Of a stretch of 64,000 nt of DNA, positions 20,884 through 30,628 are shown one piece after another. The stretch spans positions 800,001-864,000 of the forward strand of contig JBFWVL010000001.1 in NCBI GenBank assembly GCA_050246755.1. Direction: 5' to 3'. Under the pieces are notes generated by a model, which saw nothing but the letters and a program-made list of their open reading frames with translations, was not told the origin of the DNA and ran no database searches. Position 1 is the first letter of the stretch, and each line of letters opens with the position of its first letter. The DNA is from Bacteriovoracia bacterium (GTDB lineage Bacteria > Bdellovibrionota > UBA1018 > CAIPTA01). The position numbers and the translations under genes were made by a program.

Positions 20884-22950
20884 ATGTCGCCCTTGCAACC
20901 ATACCTCTCACAACCTAAATACCGCGCAGATATTGACGGGCTTAGGGCGATCGCCGTACTTTCTATCGTTATTTTCCACGCGTTCCCCTCCTTGGTAAAG
21001 GGGGGCTTCATCGGAGTGGACGTCTTTTTCGTCATCTCAGGCTTTCTCATTTCTACGATTATTTTTGAGAATCTGGACAGAGGCACGTTTAGCTTTGTTG
21101 AATTTTACGTGCGTCGGATCAAACGGATTTTTCCGGCCCTTCTCCTGGTCCTAGTCGCATGCTACGTATTTGGCTGGTTTGCCCTGCTGGCAGAAGAATA
21201 CAAACAGCTAGGTAAACACATCGCCGCTGGTGCTGGCTTTTTTTCTAACTTTGGTTTTTGGAGCGAGGCGGGATATTTTGACAATTTAGCAGAAATTAAG
21301 CCGCTACTACACTTATGGAGCCTTGGGATTGAAGAGCAGTTCTATATAGTTTGGCCAGTATTGCTTTGGCTGGCTTGGAAAATGAAGCTTCATCTCTTAA
21401 AAATTACGATCTGTGTAGCGGCCCTATCTCTCTACCTTAATCTAACTGGCATAAAAACGGACCCCGTAGCCACATTCTATTCCCCCCAAACTCGTTTCTG
21501 GGAAATACTTTTCGGCTGCCTATTGGCCTGGGCCATGCTCTATAAAAGGGGGGCGCTTGATGCCGTTCACTCCAGGCTTACTCATCGGCTCACCCCTGAT
21601 GCGCCTCGAGAAAAGCCAGGTGCTGATAGTAAAACGCTAACTAATACTTTCTCACTCCTTGGGCTTTTGCTCTTGTGTTACGGATTTGGGAGAATCAATA
21701 ATGAGCTCGGCTTTCCTGGCATCTGGGCAGTCTTTCCCGTACTTGGCACTACGCTAATCATTCTTGCCGGCCCCAACGCGTGGCTTAATCATCATTTATT
21801 ATCAAATAGGATTTTAGTCTGGTTTGGTTTGATAAGTTTTCCGCTCTACCTGTGGCATTGGCCCATGCTCTCATTTGCTCGCATTATCGAAGGCGATGCT
21901 TTGAATGACAACGTCCGTATAGCCATGGTTGCCCTATCTGTTCTACTTGCTTGGCTTACGTATCTGGTTGTAGAGCGCCCGGTACGGCTGGCAAAGCGTA
22001 GCGGGCGCAAGGCTATTGCCCTCGCTGTGCTGATGGCTGTCGTCGGTGTTGTGGGTCACTACACAGAAAGAAAGAATGGGCTGAGCTTTAGAAATAGAAT
22101 TCTTGAAGATAATCTTAAGAAGTTTTCTTGGCCGGAATCCAAAAATAGAGACCCCGAGTGCATAAAAAAATTTGGCGGATTATTCACCGACTATTGCCTA
22201 ATTAGTAATCCAAAAAAAGATCCAGAAATTATTTTATTGGGCGATTCTAACGCGAACCATTTCTATGAAGGCTTGAAAGCGGTATTTGGTGACAAAAATT
22301 TTCTTATGATCGGGCAAGGCGGCTGCTTACCGTTTGTTGGCCTAACGGTAAAAATGAATCAAATCGAGTTGGAATGTGACCGCGAACTGAATCCCGCATT
22401 GGAGCTAATTAAATCAAATCGGTCTGTGAAGACCGTAATTATTTCTATGCAAGGACAGACCTACGTTAACGGTCAGATAACCTGCAATGGCGACACAGGC
22501 TTCTTAGAGGTGCACGAGGTTGGTAAGAATGAGCCCAGAGATAGACTTACTTTATTTGAAGAGGGCATGCGAAGGACCTTAAAACTATTACTAGATGAAA
22601 GAAAAAAAGTGGTCTTCATCCTGAGTATTCCCCGGCTTAGCTATTCACTCTCCGAATGCATGGGCATTCGCCCTCTTTTGTTTTCGGCAAAGCCAAGCAT
22701 GAGCCAATGCGCAATGCCTAAAGAGGAATATTTAAGCGATAGCAATGCGTATATAGGAATCGTAACCAAAGTTTTGAAGGACTTTCCTACCGTCAAAGTT
22801 TTTGATCCTAGCGCTGTATTGTGTGATGAGAAAAATTGCTATGCAGAGAAAGATGGCCAAGTGCTGTATCGAGATGACCGTCATCTATCCAGCTTTGGCT
22901 CTCTGTATATGGGAAGAGCCATTAAGCAGACAAGACTGGTCTCTGATTAA
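20884..22950 (+). CDS. OafA/YrhL-type O-acyltransferase (acyltransferase-3 + SGNH)
   Basis: YRADIDGLRAIAV, GVDVFFVISGFLI, RRIKRIFPAL, HLWSLGIEEQFY; periplasmic LLGDSNA and YRDDRHLS (GDS...DxxH). Confidence 0.92.
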   Translation: MSPLQPYLSQPKYRADIDGLRAIAVLSIVIFHAFPSLVKGGFIGVDVFFVISGFLISTIIFENLDRGTFSFVEFYVRRIKRIFPALLLVLVACYVFGWFALLAEEYKQLGKHIAAGAGFFSNFGFWSEAGYFDNLAEIKPLLHLWSLGIEEQFYIVWPVLLWLAWKMKLHLLKITICVAALSLYLNLTGIKTDPVATFYSPQTRFWEILFGCLLAWAMLYKRGALDAVHSRLTHRLTPDAPREKPGADSKTLTNTFSLLGLLLLCYGFGRINNELGFPGIWAVFPVLGTTLIILAGPNAWLNHHLLSNRILVWFGLISFPLYLWHWPMLSFARIIEGDALNDNVRIAMVALSVLLAWLTYLVVERPVRLAKRSGRKAIALAVLMAVVGVVGHYTERKNGLSFRNRILEDNLKKFSWPESKNRDPECIKKFGGLFTDYCLISNPKKDPEIILLGDSNANHFYEGLKAVFGDKNFLMIGQGGCLPFVGLTVKMNQIELECDRELNPALELIKSNRSVKTVIISMQGQTYVNGQITCNGDTGFLEVHEVGKNEPRDRLTLFEEGMRRTLKLLLDERKKVVFILSIPRLSYSLSECMGIRPLLFSAKPSMSQCAMPKEEYLSDSNAYIGIVTKVLKDFPTVKVFDPSAVLCDEKNCYAEKDGQVLYRDDRHLSSFGSLYMGRAIKQTRLVSD

Positions 22951-23057
22951 AACTAGATCGGCAACGATTTTTCAAGTGCATCTGAAAATTTCAAAAATGA
23001 CACAATTACGCACCAGAAAATGATCAAAATTTCGATCCATGGATTTGTGCGAATTAT

Positions 23058-23591
23058 TTATTTAATCAGGCACGGCGACGAGAAATCCAAAGATAGCGAA
23101 TTTGCTGCCGAATCAAGCTTGTAATCGATAGCAACCTGACAAGCGCCACTGGCAGGAAGATTGATCTTAACTTCTTTTTCAAGTTTTATTTTGGGCCTAT
23201 TCTTACCCATACCCTCTGGGTAATAGGCCCCTCTGGCAGTTACTGTGACAATTCTTATCTTCGGAGATTTTTGGCCAGCCTTTTGAAAGAAGAGCAATTC
23301 GTATTTACCAAACCTAGCATCTTCCAGATCAAATTTAGCGCTACTCAAAGAGGGCTCGCTTTCCCCCGTAATGCTCCCTAAATAGCTATTATCGTACCCG
23401 ATCTTGCCCGGAAGCTCTTTCCTCGTTAAAGGATCGATTCCACCCTTTACGCCACCCGGCAAAGTAAATTGGAAATCAGCAAATTGGCCATCCGCCCAAA
23501 TCGCGACTATGTTTTCCGACCCCTTGGCCCAGGAGCTATTTGCTCCGAGGAACAGCAGAGATACCAGCAGCAGGTTTTTGGCTAACTTCAT
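23058..23591 (-). CDS. Secreted hypothetical protein resembling the post-peptidase domain of the upstream 1299-aa protein
   Basis: ATG 23591 preceded by GGAG; signal peptide MKLAKNLLLVSLLFLGANSSWA; overlaps the upstream gene by 56 bp. Confidence 0.7.
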   Translation of the reverse strand: MKLAKNLLLVSLLFLGANSSWAKGSENIVAIWADGQFADFQFTLPGGVKGGIDPLTRKELPGKIGYDNSYLGSITGESEPSLSSAKFDLEDARFGKYELLFFQKAGQKSPKIRIVTVTARGAYYPEGMGKNRPKIKLEKEVKINLPASGACQVAIDYKLDSAANSLSLDFSSPCLIK

Positions 23592-26500
23592 TTGTTTCTC
23601 CGTTGATCCGTAGCACCACAGGGCCATCTAGGTCTATTCTGGCCTGATTGATCTGAAAATTCAAAGCCTCAACAAAACCCTCATTGCGCTCAATCTCTGC
23701 CTCAATTTGGGCCCGGCGGGCCTCCGTAAGCTCCTTAGAAAGAAGTTTCCGCAGCTTCTCATTCTCGCGACTATATTTGCTAATGCCACGCGAAAGCTCC
23801 GTCTTTATTTTGCGATCGACCATGTAGGAGTAAACCTCCCAATAACTAGGCCCCTGATTACTTACAGCCGCCTCAGCAGCAAAGAGCCGCTCGGTCTTGT
23901 TTCTGGTCGCAATCTGCCTACCATCGAGGTAAACGTCTACTCCGTATTCGTACTCGCCATTTAGGTCGTTCAAGAGCTCAACTGAGACAACCGAGCGAGC
24001 GCCAATATTTACCGTGGAATTTGTGGTGGCAATTTGAACGAGTTTATTCGTTTTTCGCTCACTCTTTGGCGCTACACCAGCAAATAAATCCCCCCCGACG
24101 AGAAAAGCCATTCCGAGGCTCCTCGTGTAAGGCACTGAGGGCGGAGTCTCAAAATTATGAATCTCAACGTGGATCAGCCCATTTTGATAAAGAACAATCC
24201 GAACAGGTTGATCTCCGTCCTCTTCATAAACGAAGTCGCTGCCACTATGCACGAAAGTTCCAGCAGGAATATTACGTTTCCATGCGCTTCCATTCACAAA
24301 AACCGAGATGTCCTGGGTATCTGGGTAGTAGACGCCGCCACCGCCAGTCAACATTCCCTCAATCAGGATTGAATCCGAGCCAACTTCAAATCTACTAAAC
24401 TGCATCGTACCTTTTAGCACCTGCATATCCGAGTAGCTAAAAGTATAGGAAGAGGGCGCGCTAGGAGAGGAAGTAAATGGGATCTGCAGAAATTTATTCA
24501 GCACTCCGTTTGGCCCCATCATCGAAATTTCAATCACATCGCTAACGGTTTCGCTGCTCGTAATCTCTACGGTGAAGGCATCACCATTGTGGACGGGATG
24601 AACCCATACACTATTACTACCTTCCGAAATATCGTTCCCACCATCCGAGTCATCAAGACGCTCAGAAGTAAAGTTCGAGTTTGGAATATTCTCAAGAACT
24701 TGGCCGTTAGAATTGATCCCGGTCGTTCGGTTGCTCGAATCTTTGAGCCTAAAGGCCGTTGCTGCGCTCATACTCACGTAAACTGAGCTGCTATCACTAG
24801 CTATCTTTGCCTGCGGGGGCGCCGCATGAATGGTTCGGTAGTCCTTAAATTTATTTTCTGTGAACCAGAGATCATTTAACGTTTTGATTCCATTTTTCCC
24901 TGGATCGATGATCGCAAGAGTCTTTACAAAATTTCCATTTTTATCTTTCACCATGGCAATGCCGTTGGCCACGACGAAGTGCGAGGTGCCTTCTCGGCGC
25001 TTTTGTTTATCCCTCCGCCGGTTTTCGACAAATCCCTCTGGAAATCCTTCAATATGCAATATCACTGGCTCGCCAGAGAGAACTAATGTTTCTACTTCAG
25101 CAAACGAAGAACTATCCTTTTTATCATACACGAGCCCAAGTGACCTCATCGCATCTTTAATTTCGTCAGGCTGAGGATCATGCTTGGCATTAAAAAAATT
25201 CGGGATCGAAGAAAACCACGAATTAATACCACCAGGCGTGACCTCTTGAGATTTATCGGAAGTATCATCGAGCGGAATGGCGTCCACACCATTCGCCTTT
25301 ATGAGCATCGCAATCGACGACAAAAAGCAGCCTTTTTTCCCTATGGTGTTCGTGCTCGAATCATAGATATCTTTTTTCCAGGGAGTGTTTTTGTATTTGG
25401 CATCAACAGCCTGCGCGAGCCGATCGACTTTCACCACATGCGCTATCGCTCCAACTTTCACCGAGGCCGTCGCGGTAGACGAAGCGCCAGATGAATCTCT
25501 AACGGTGAGTTTTATCGGGTAGGTATCAGGATCGTCTCCCGTAGGCACATCAACCTCAGCGCCGGAATATGTCCGCGCAGCGCCTTTTTTTGGCTTTACC
25601 GTCCACTCGTAAGTCAGGCCTCCCTGCGGCGTCGAGCTCGCGCCACTTAAATGGAATGAATCATGAATCAATGCATCGATAGGGGCAGTAATTTTTGCCG
25701 TAACGGCATTTGGATCGCCCTCTCGAGAAATCTGCACATTGACGGTGACCTGTCCCGATGCAGGAATGGAGTAATTATCTTGAACATTCACTACAAAACT
25801 ATCGGAAGTAGCAGTTGTATTTGCATCCGCTGTGTAAGTTACGATCCCAGAATGAAGTCCGACGCTCGCCGTGCCATGACTTGACCCGCCGTTGACAACA
25901 GCGTAGGTCATGGTCTGCCCAGCATCAGGGTCATGTGGGCTTATCGTGATTGTCGCCGGCACGCCGGGCCTTACCGTCACGGGATTCGGAGAAGCAGTGG
26001 GCTGCGGTGGATGATTCTGAAAGGCCCCAACTCGCACTAAAAGTTCTGCGGTGTCTGTGGAATTCCCGCAATTGGCCACGCTTAATTGAATTCGATAATT
26101 TCCCGCTTCCGTTGGCGTGAACGCATTCGTCTTCTTATAAGTTGGCCCATCTAGTGGCGCGGGGCTCGAGTCGTCTTCCCGAAATGCCAACCACACGAAG
26201 GCCATGTCGTTATTTTGGTCTTCCGTAGAAGCTCGCCCATCTAGAAAAATGATATCGCCAAGCGTTGCGTCGATTACGGTCTGCAGGGGCCGTTCTCTAT
26301 TTTTTAATTTTTTTGCCCCGGTAATATTCGCATTGATAACGGCATGCACGCTCCCGAAATTTTGCGTGCCCTCTTCCGCGCGATAAATGCCCCGGATTCC
26401 AGTATCGAGACCGGCATAAAACATCACCAAATTGTCTTGAACGATTTTGGGATGAAATTGGATGAAATCAACTGCGGCCCCAGCGATACAGGCGCTCGGA

Positions 26501-27435
26501 GCCACGATTTCGCGAATATCCCCGTCTGTGTAATTCATCGTTTTTAACGTAACGCCGGCGTTTAATTTATATAAAATGCGCCCGCCCTTGGCATCGAAGG
26601 TTTGGCTATTGGGATCGAGGAAGGAGGAGGCCTCGCCAATTATCCCGAGTGCCCCCGTTTCCGGGTCAAGCTGGTAGCGCCCTTCCCGCACAAAGAACTG
26701 ATTTGAATAAATCGCCCCCTCAAAAATAATTTTCCCATTTTCGTCCAGCGCATACGTTCCAGTGCGCGGGCGAGCCTGAAAAATTAGATCCGATTGGGGA
26801 TTCCCACCTTTAAAAAATCCCTGCTCCACCCAAGGAGTATTGGGATTAGACGGCGGATTTAGCCCAGCCAAGAAAACTACGTGGCCGCTTGGAGTAACTA
26901 GGGGCGGGCCAAGCGATTGGAAAGTGCCGGGAGCGCCGCCTTGAGTGGCGGTCGCGAGAAGCTGCCCGTCAAAAAAGATGCGTCCATCCAGCGTTTGAAA
27001 GGCAAGCTGCCCGCCTTCGTTAAGGCTCATGCTAAGAATCGGCGCCGAGAAAGTCCACGGCATCACCTCTTGGAAAGTGCCGGTAGGATTAGCCGCGTTG
27101 ACTCTTGTAATCCCAACCGAGCTATCGGTAAAAGCGGTGTACATCGCGATCCAGCCGGAATGGTCAAAGGCAGCACTAAAGATCACCGAAACTTTTTTTC
27201 CCGTGTTTACGGTTTGCGAAACGCCGGCGGTGATAACTTTTGTGACAACGCCTTGCTCAGTTTTTCGGTAAACCGCCGCTCCATCGCGAAAGAGATAGGA
27301 GCCGTCGGCGAGTTGAGTAACCTCCTCGCCGAGAACACCGTATTCTTCCGTGGTAGCAATGGCACGCAGGCGAACTGCGTGCGCATTGCTGACCAGCAAA
27401 AACAGACCGAAAAGAACCAGGGCAAGGCGTTTCAT
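23536..27435 (-). CDS. Large secreted multidomain protein: NxxGxxAF-type propeller, PKD/cadherin-like domains, C39-like cysteine peptidase, C-terminal shared module
   Basis: Signal peptide; LNEGGQLAF; DGRAS/GNYRIQLSV and YEWTV...IKLTVRD PKD motifs; NHPP...DPD cadherin-like; Q..W..Y..TIGKKGCFLSS / SHFVV / IIDPG triad. Confidence 0.85.
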   Translation of the reverse strand: MKRLALVLFGLFLLVSNAHAVRLRAIATTEEYGVLGEEVTQLADGSYLFRDGAAVYRKTEQGVVTKVITAGVSQTVNTGKKVSVIFSAAFDHSGWIAMYTAFTDSSVGITRVNAANPTGTFQEVMPWTFSAPILSMSLNEGGQLAFQTLDGRIFFDGQLLATATQGGAPGTFQSLGPPLVTPSGHVVFLAGLNPPSNPNTPWVEQGFFKGGNPQSDLIFQARPRTGTYALDENGKIIFEGAIYSNQFFVREGRYQLDPETGALGIIGEASSFLDPNSQTFDAKGGRILYKLNAGVTLKTMNYTDGDIREIVAPSACIAGAAVDFIQFHPKIVQDNLVMFYAGLDTGIRGIYRAEEGTQNFGSVHAVINANITGAKKLKNRERPLQTVIDATLGDIIFLDGRASTEDQNNDMAFVWLAFREDDSSPAPLDGPTYKKTNAFTPTEAGNYRIQLSVANCGNSTDTAELLVRVGAFQNHPPQPTASPNPVTVRPGVPATITISPHDPDAGQTMTYAVVNGGSSHGTASVGLHSGIVTYTADANTTATSDSFVVNVQDNYSIPASGQVTVNVQISREGDPNAVTAKITAPIDALIHDSFHLSGASSTPQGGLTYEWTVKPKKGAARTYSGAEVDVPTGDDPDTYPIKLTVRDSSGASSTATASVKVGAIAHVVKVDRLAQAVDAKYKNTPWKKDIYDSSTNTIGKKGCFLSSIAMLIKANGVDAIPLDDTSDKSQEVTPGGINSWFSSIPNFFNAKHDPQPDEIKDAMRSLGLVYDKKDSSSFAEVETLVLSGEPVILHIEGFPEGFVENRRRDKQKRREGTSHFVVANGIAMVKDKNGNFVKTLAIIDPGKNGIKTLNDLWFTENKFKDYRTIHAAPPQAKIASDSSSVYVSMSAATAFRLKDSSNRTTGINSNGQVLENIPNSNFTSERLDDSDGGNDISEGSNSVWVHPVHNGDAFTVEITSSETVSDVIEISMMGPNGVLNKFLQIPFTSSPSAPSSYTFSYSDMQVLKGTMQFSRFEVGSDSILIEGMLTGGGGVYYPDTQDISVFVNGSAWKRNIPAGTFVHSGSDFVYEEDGDQPVRIVLYQNGLIHVEIHNFETPPSVPYTRSLGMAFLVGGDLFAGVAPKSERKTNKLVQIATTNSTVNIGARSVVSVELLNDLNGEYEYGVDVYLDGRQIATRNKTERLFAAEAAVSNQGPSYWEVYSYMVDRKIKTELSRGISKYSRENEKLRKLLSKELTEARRAQIEAEIERNEGFVEALNFQINQARIDLDGPVVLRINGETNEVSQKPAAGISAVPRSK

Positions 27436-27448
27436 TTTCGACTCCTAG

Positions 27449-30400
27449 TTATCTCGCACTGCAAGCCGGCGCGTAGCCTAAACCGCACGACTTCTCAAAC
27501 AATTTGCTGGCACCAAAGGCATCGCCGTCTTCTTGGTACATTTTCCCAAGGAAGTAGCAAGCCGGGGCGTTCTTCGTGGCGCATGCGCCAGATAGCTGCT
27601 TGCGCTTGGCTTTGCGCGCAGGATCTTCCGAATCCTCTTCACGCTTAACTTTTATTTTGAATTCTTCATTCACGGTTACGGGAACGTAAGCAACATGGAC
27701 GTTACCCTCATCGTCGTGCACTTCCAGGTTGGGAAAGTATACTCCCGGATTGGCGTACGTATGTGAAGCATACTCCGATTCATCCACGCATCCGTCGCTT
27801 GGACAAGCATCGTAGTCTTCGTAGCGCCATTTATAGCTGGTGATGGTTCCACCGGCCACGTCGTAGGAGGCTAGCGCATCTGCATTAAAGGCAAAGGGCA
27901 CAACGCCGCTTACTTCTTGAACGGACGAGACGGCTCTCGGAGAATGACCAGTCGCCACCACGTAGATTTCCCATCCTAAGTATCCCTCTTCTCCGGCACT
28001 CGAAGTAACTAGAAGCGTCGGAAAGTGGTTGAAAGGATATGAATACGTATGCGTTCCAGTCACGCCGCTAAAATTGCAAGGACCGCCTGGATTCGTTAGG
28101 CAATCAAAAAAACCATCGTTGGTCTGCCATTCGTAGGAATCTATAGTTCCTCCCGGATTGGGATTAAAAGAGCCGTAAGCATCAAAGGTCATGGGGGTGC
28201 CTACTAAAATTTCTCGGCCAGGAAGCAGCGCCGCGCTGAAGGTACTTGCCGTACCGGCCGCGGGGGCATTTACGCCGACGTAAATTCTAACGGAAGCCTC
28301 TCCTTCACCACCGTTTGGATCCCGGACACGAAGTCGAACATTGAATTGCCCGGGAGTATTGAACGTATGCGAGCGAATAGGTGAGCTCGTTACTTCCTCC
28401 GCGTTTTCAAACAACCAACGATACTCGGGAGTACCGCCAAGCGAAGTGGTCTCGCTCGCGTCGAAGACAACGGTAAGCGGAAAAGTACCGGTGATCTTGT
28501 TCGGAGAAATTTTCGCTACCGGCACAGCTTTGTCCGTGACTACAACGGTGGTGGTGGTGGAAGTCGTTGCGCCCTTATTGTCTTTGGCCGTGATCGTGGC
28601 CGTATAGCTTCCGGGCAATTGATAATCATGCAGTGCACTGACAAACCAAGCGGTGCCTGGAGTGAAAACACTGCTTGGGAACGTTTCAACAGGTCTTCCA
28701 TCTCCAAAGTCGATGGTCCACTGAACGATCGATCCATCCGAGTCGGTAGCCGGGACGTTGGCAATCCGCATCGTCGTTGGCGAACCTTGGCTGCGAACAA
28801 ACGAGAAACTGGGACCAAGTACAGGCGGGCGATTGGGAATCGTGATTGCAATCGTCACTTCCCCACTCTTTGCGGGCGATCCATTGTCCGTGACACGAAC
28901 TTTTAACGAATCGCTGCCTTCGTAGGTAGTGGCCGCATTAAAAGTAACCAGGCCGGAAGAATTCACCGAGGCCGTTCCATGCAAGGGATTAACCACGATG
29001 GCATAGGTATGAGTTTGCCCCACATCGAGGTCGTTTGCAGCGACCTGAGAAGTTCCAGTATTGCTCGAAACCGTGATGCTTGGTGCCGAGGGAACAGGTG
29101 CCTGATTTTCCGCCGAAACGGTAACTGGAATTATTACGTCGCCGGAAAGACTTGGCGCTCCGCTGTCCGTTACGCGAACGGTAATAGAATCCGATCCGGA
29201 GTATCCGGCGGTTGCATTGTAGTAAACGACGCCCATTAAAGAGACGGAAGCCGTTCCATGGGTAGGAGCAGAAACAACGCTGAAGGTCCAGCTCTGGTTT
29301 CCATCGGCGTCGTTCGGCGCAACCGTAGTGGTACCCTGAATATTCGAAACGGTGGTGACGGGTGGTGCCGAAGGGGCGGGCGCATGGTTAGTAGGACCCA
29401 CTACTTCGATCGTGGTCAGCGAAGGCTCACTCACCAAGTGATCGCTAGTATTTATCTCCCTAACTTTAAGCTCAAAAATATAGTAGCCAGCGGCCGTAAG
29501 CGTTAGGTGCGGCTGAATCTCGGTGGAGATCACCTGGCCAACGGTTAATCCGGAACCCAGCGGAGCATCCACTACTTTCCATTCATAAGAAAGAGTCGTG
29601 CCCGGATTGGGATCATAGGAACCTGTGCCATCCATAGACATATCCGATCCAAGCAGGAACGAATGATGCGGGCCAGCCACCGCGACCGGTTGCACATTAT
29701 TTTCAAGAGAAGAGTTTGTTACAAAATATGCGTTTCTGAGGAAGCTATTGCGCACTTCCGTAGAGCCGCTAAGCGGAGGAAAACGGACTTCGAGATCTTT
29801 AATTCCGGTTAAAGACCCAAAACTAGGGGCAACCGCCGTAATCGTAGTAGCATTTACAAGGGAAGCACTGGCACTAAGCCCGCCAATCCTGACCGTCATT
29901 CCGGGGACAAAATTTTCACCGCTGATGACGATCTGATTACCGCCGCTAGCGGATCCCACCTGCGGGGAAATCGCAGTCAGCCTAGGATAAGCTGCATTGC
30001 TGGCCGCAGGCACTACATTGAAAGTAAACGTCTGGTTTGCAACCGGAGTCTTTAGCTCAGCAAGCTGGCGGATAAGCTCGTTCTTGATCGCGATTTTTTC
30101 ATCACGCTGGGAAGTAAAGGTCGCTTTCTTCACAGGATCAGTTTCAACATCTATTTTCTGCTGAAGCTCAAAAATTTCTTTGGAGAGCCTATCAACAGAG
30201 GTGCGAATCTGATTGGCAAGGTCTTTCCTTTCTATGGCAAGGCCAATGGTGAGATCGTGAGAGCGTTGTTCCGAAAAGCCACTAGAGTGATAAATCCATA
30301 AGTTTGGCGAGCTATGAATCAAGCCAACTGGCGCATTGTCGATTGTGGCGTTTAGCAAAATATTTGAGTCGGTATAGGAATTTAAGGGAGCAATGAAAAT

Positions 30401-30604
30401 AGAAAATTCGGTGCCCTGCTCCACTGAGGCGGAAGGAGACGGCATGAATTTTACGATCGGCGCTTGCTCGAGTTTTCGAACCTTTCTTGTGTGCTTAAAG
30501 CTTTTAATGAGCTTATAGGCGGCATTATTCGTTTTATCTCCGCTAGCAAAGGCCGAAGTTGCAAAAAAAGACAAAGCAAGGGCAGCAAAAAGGTACTTTT
30601 TCAT
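27449..30604 (-). CDS. Large secreted adhesin/scaffold-like protein: shared module, IPT/TIG, PKD and cadherin-like repeats, C-terminal Sel1-like repeat
   Basis: Signal peptide; ISPQVGSASGGNQIVISGENF (IPT); repeated NxAP..D.D.G (cadherin-like); WTIDFGDG and FDAxxS.D (PKD); ACYFLGKMY...KSCGLGYAPAC. Confidence 0.85.
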   Translation of the reverse strand: MKKYLFAALALSFFATSAFASGDKTNNAAYKLIKSFKHTRKVRKLEQAPIVKFMPSPSASVEQGTEFSIFIAPLNSYTDSNILLNATIDNAPVGLIHSSPNLWIYHSSGFSEQRSHDLTIGLAIERKDLANQIRTSVDRLSKEIFELQQKIDVETDPVKKATFTSQRDEKIAIKNELIRQLAELKTPVANQTFTFNVVPAASNAAYPRLTAISPQVGSASGGNQIVISGENFVPGMTVRIGGLSASASLVNATTITAVAPSFGSLTGIKDLEVRFPPLSGSTEVRNSFLRNAYFVTNSSLENNVQPVAVAGPHHSFLLGSDMSMDGTGSYDPNPGTTLSYEWKVVDAPLGSGLTVGQVISTEIQPHLTLTAAGYYIFELKVREINTSDHLVSEPSLTTIEVVGPTNHAPAPSAPPVTTVSNIQGTTTVAPNDADGNQSWTFSVVSAPTHGTASVSLMGVVYYNATAGYSGSDSITVRVTDSGAPSLSGDVIIPVTVSAENQAPVPSAPSITVSSNTGTSQVAANDLDVGQTHTYAIVVNPLHGTASVNSSGLVTFNAATTYEGSDSLKVRVTDNGSPAKSGEVTIAITIPNRPPVLGPSFSFVRSQGSPTTMRIANVPATDSDGSIVQWTIDFGDGRPVETFPSSVFTPGTAWFVSALHDYQLPGSYTATITAKDNKGATTSTTTTVVVTDKAVPVAKISPNKITGTFPLTVVFDASETTSLGGTPEYRWLFENAEEVTSSPIRSHTFNTPGQFNVRLRVRDPNGGEGEASVRIYVGVNAPAAGTASTFSAALLPGREILVGTPMTFDAYGSFNPNPGGTIDSYEWQTNDGFFDCLTNPGGPCNFSGVTGTHTYSYPFNHFPTLLVTSSAGEEGYLGWEIYVVATGHSPRAVSSVQEVSGVVPFAFNADALASYDVAGGTITSYKWRYEDYDACPSDGCVDESEYASHTYANPGVYFPNLEVHDDEGNVHVAYVPVTVNEEFKIKVKREEDSEDPARKAKRKQLSGACATKNAPACYFLGKMYQEDGDAFGASKLFEKSCGLGYAPACSAR

Positions 30605-30628
30605 AATGGTTCCTTCAGTTAGAAAAAC

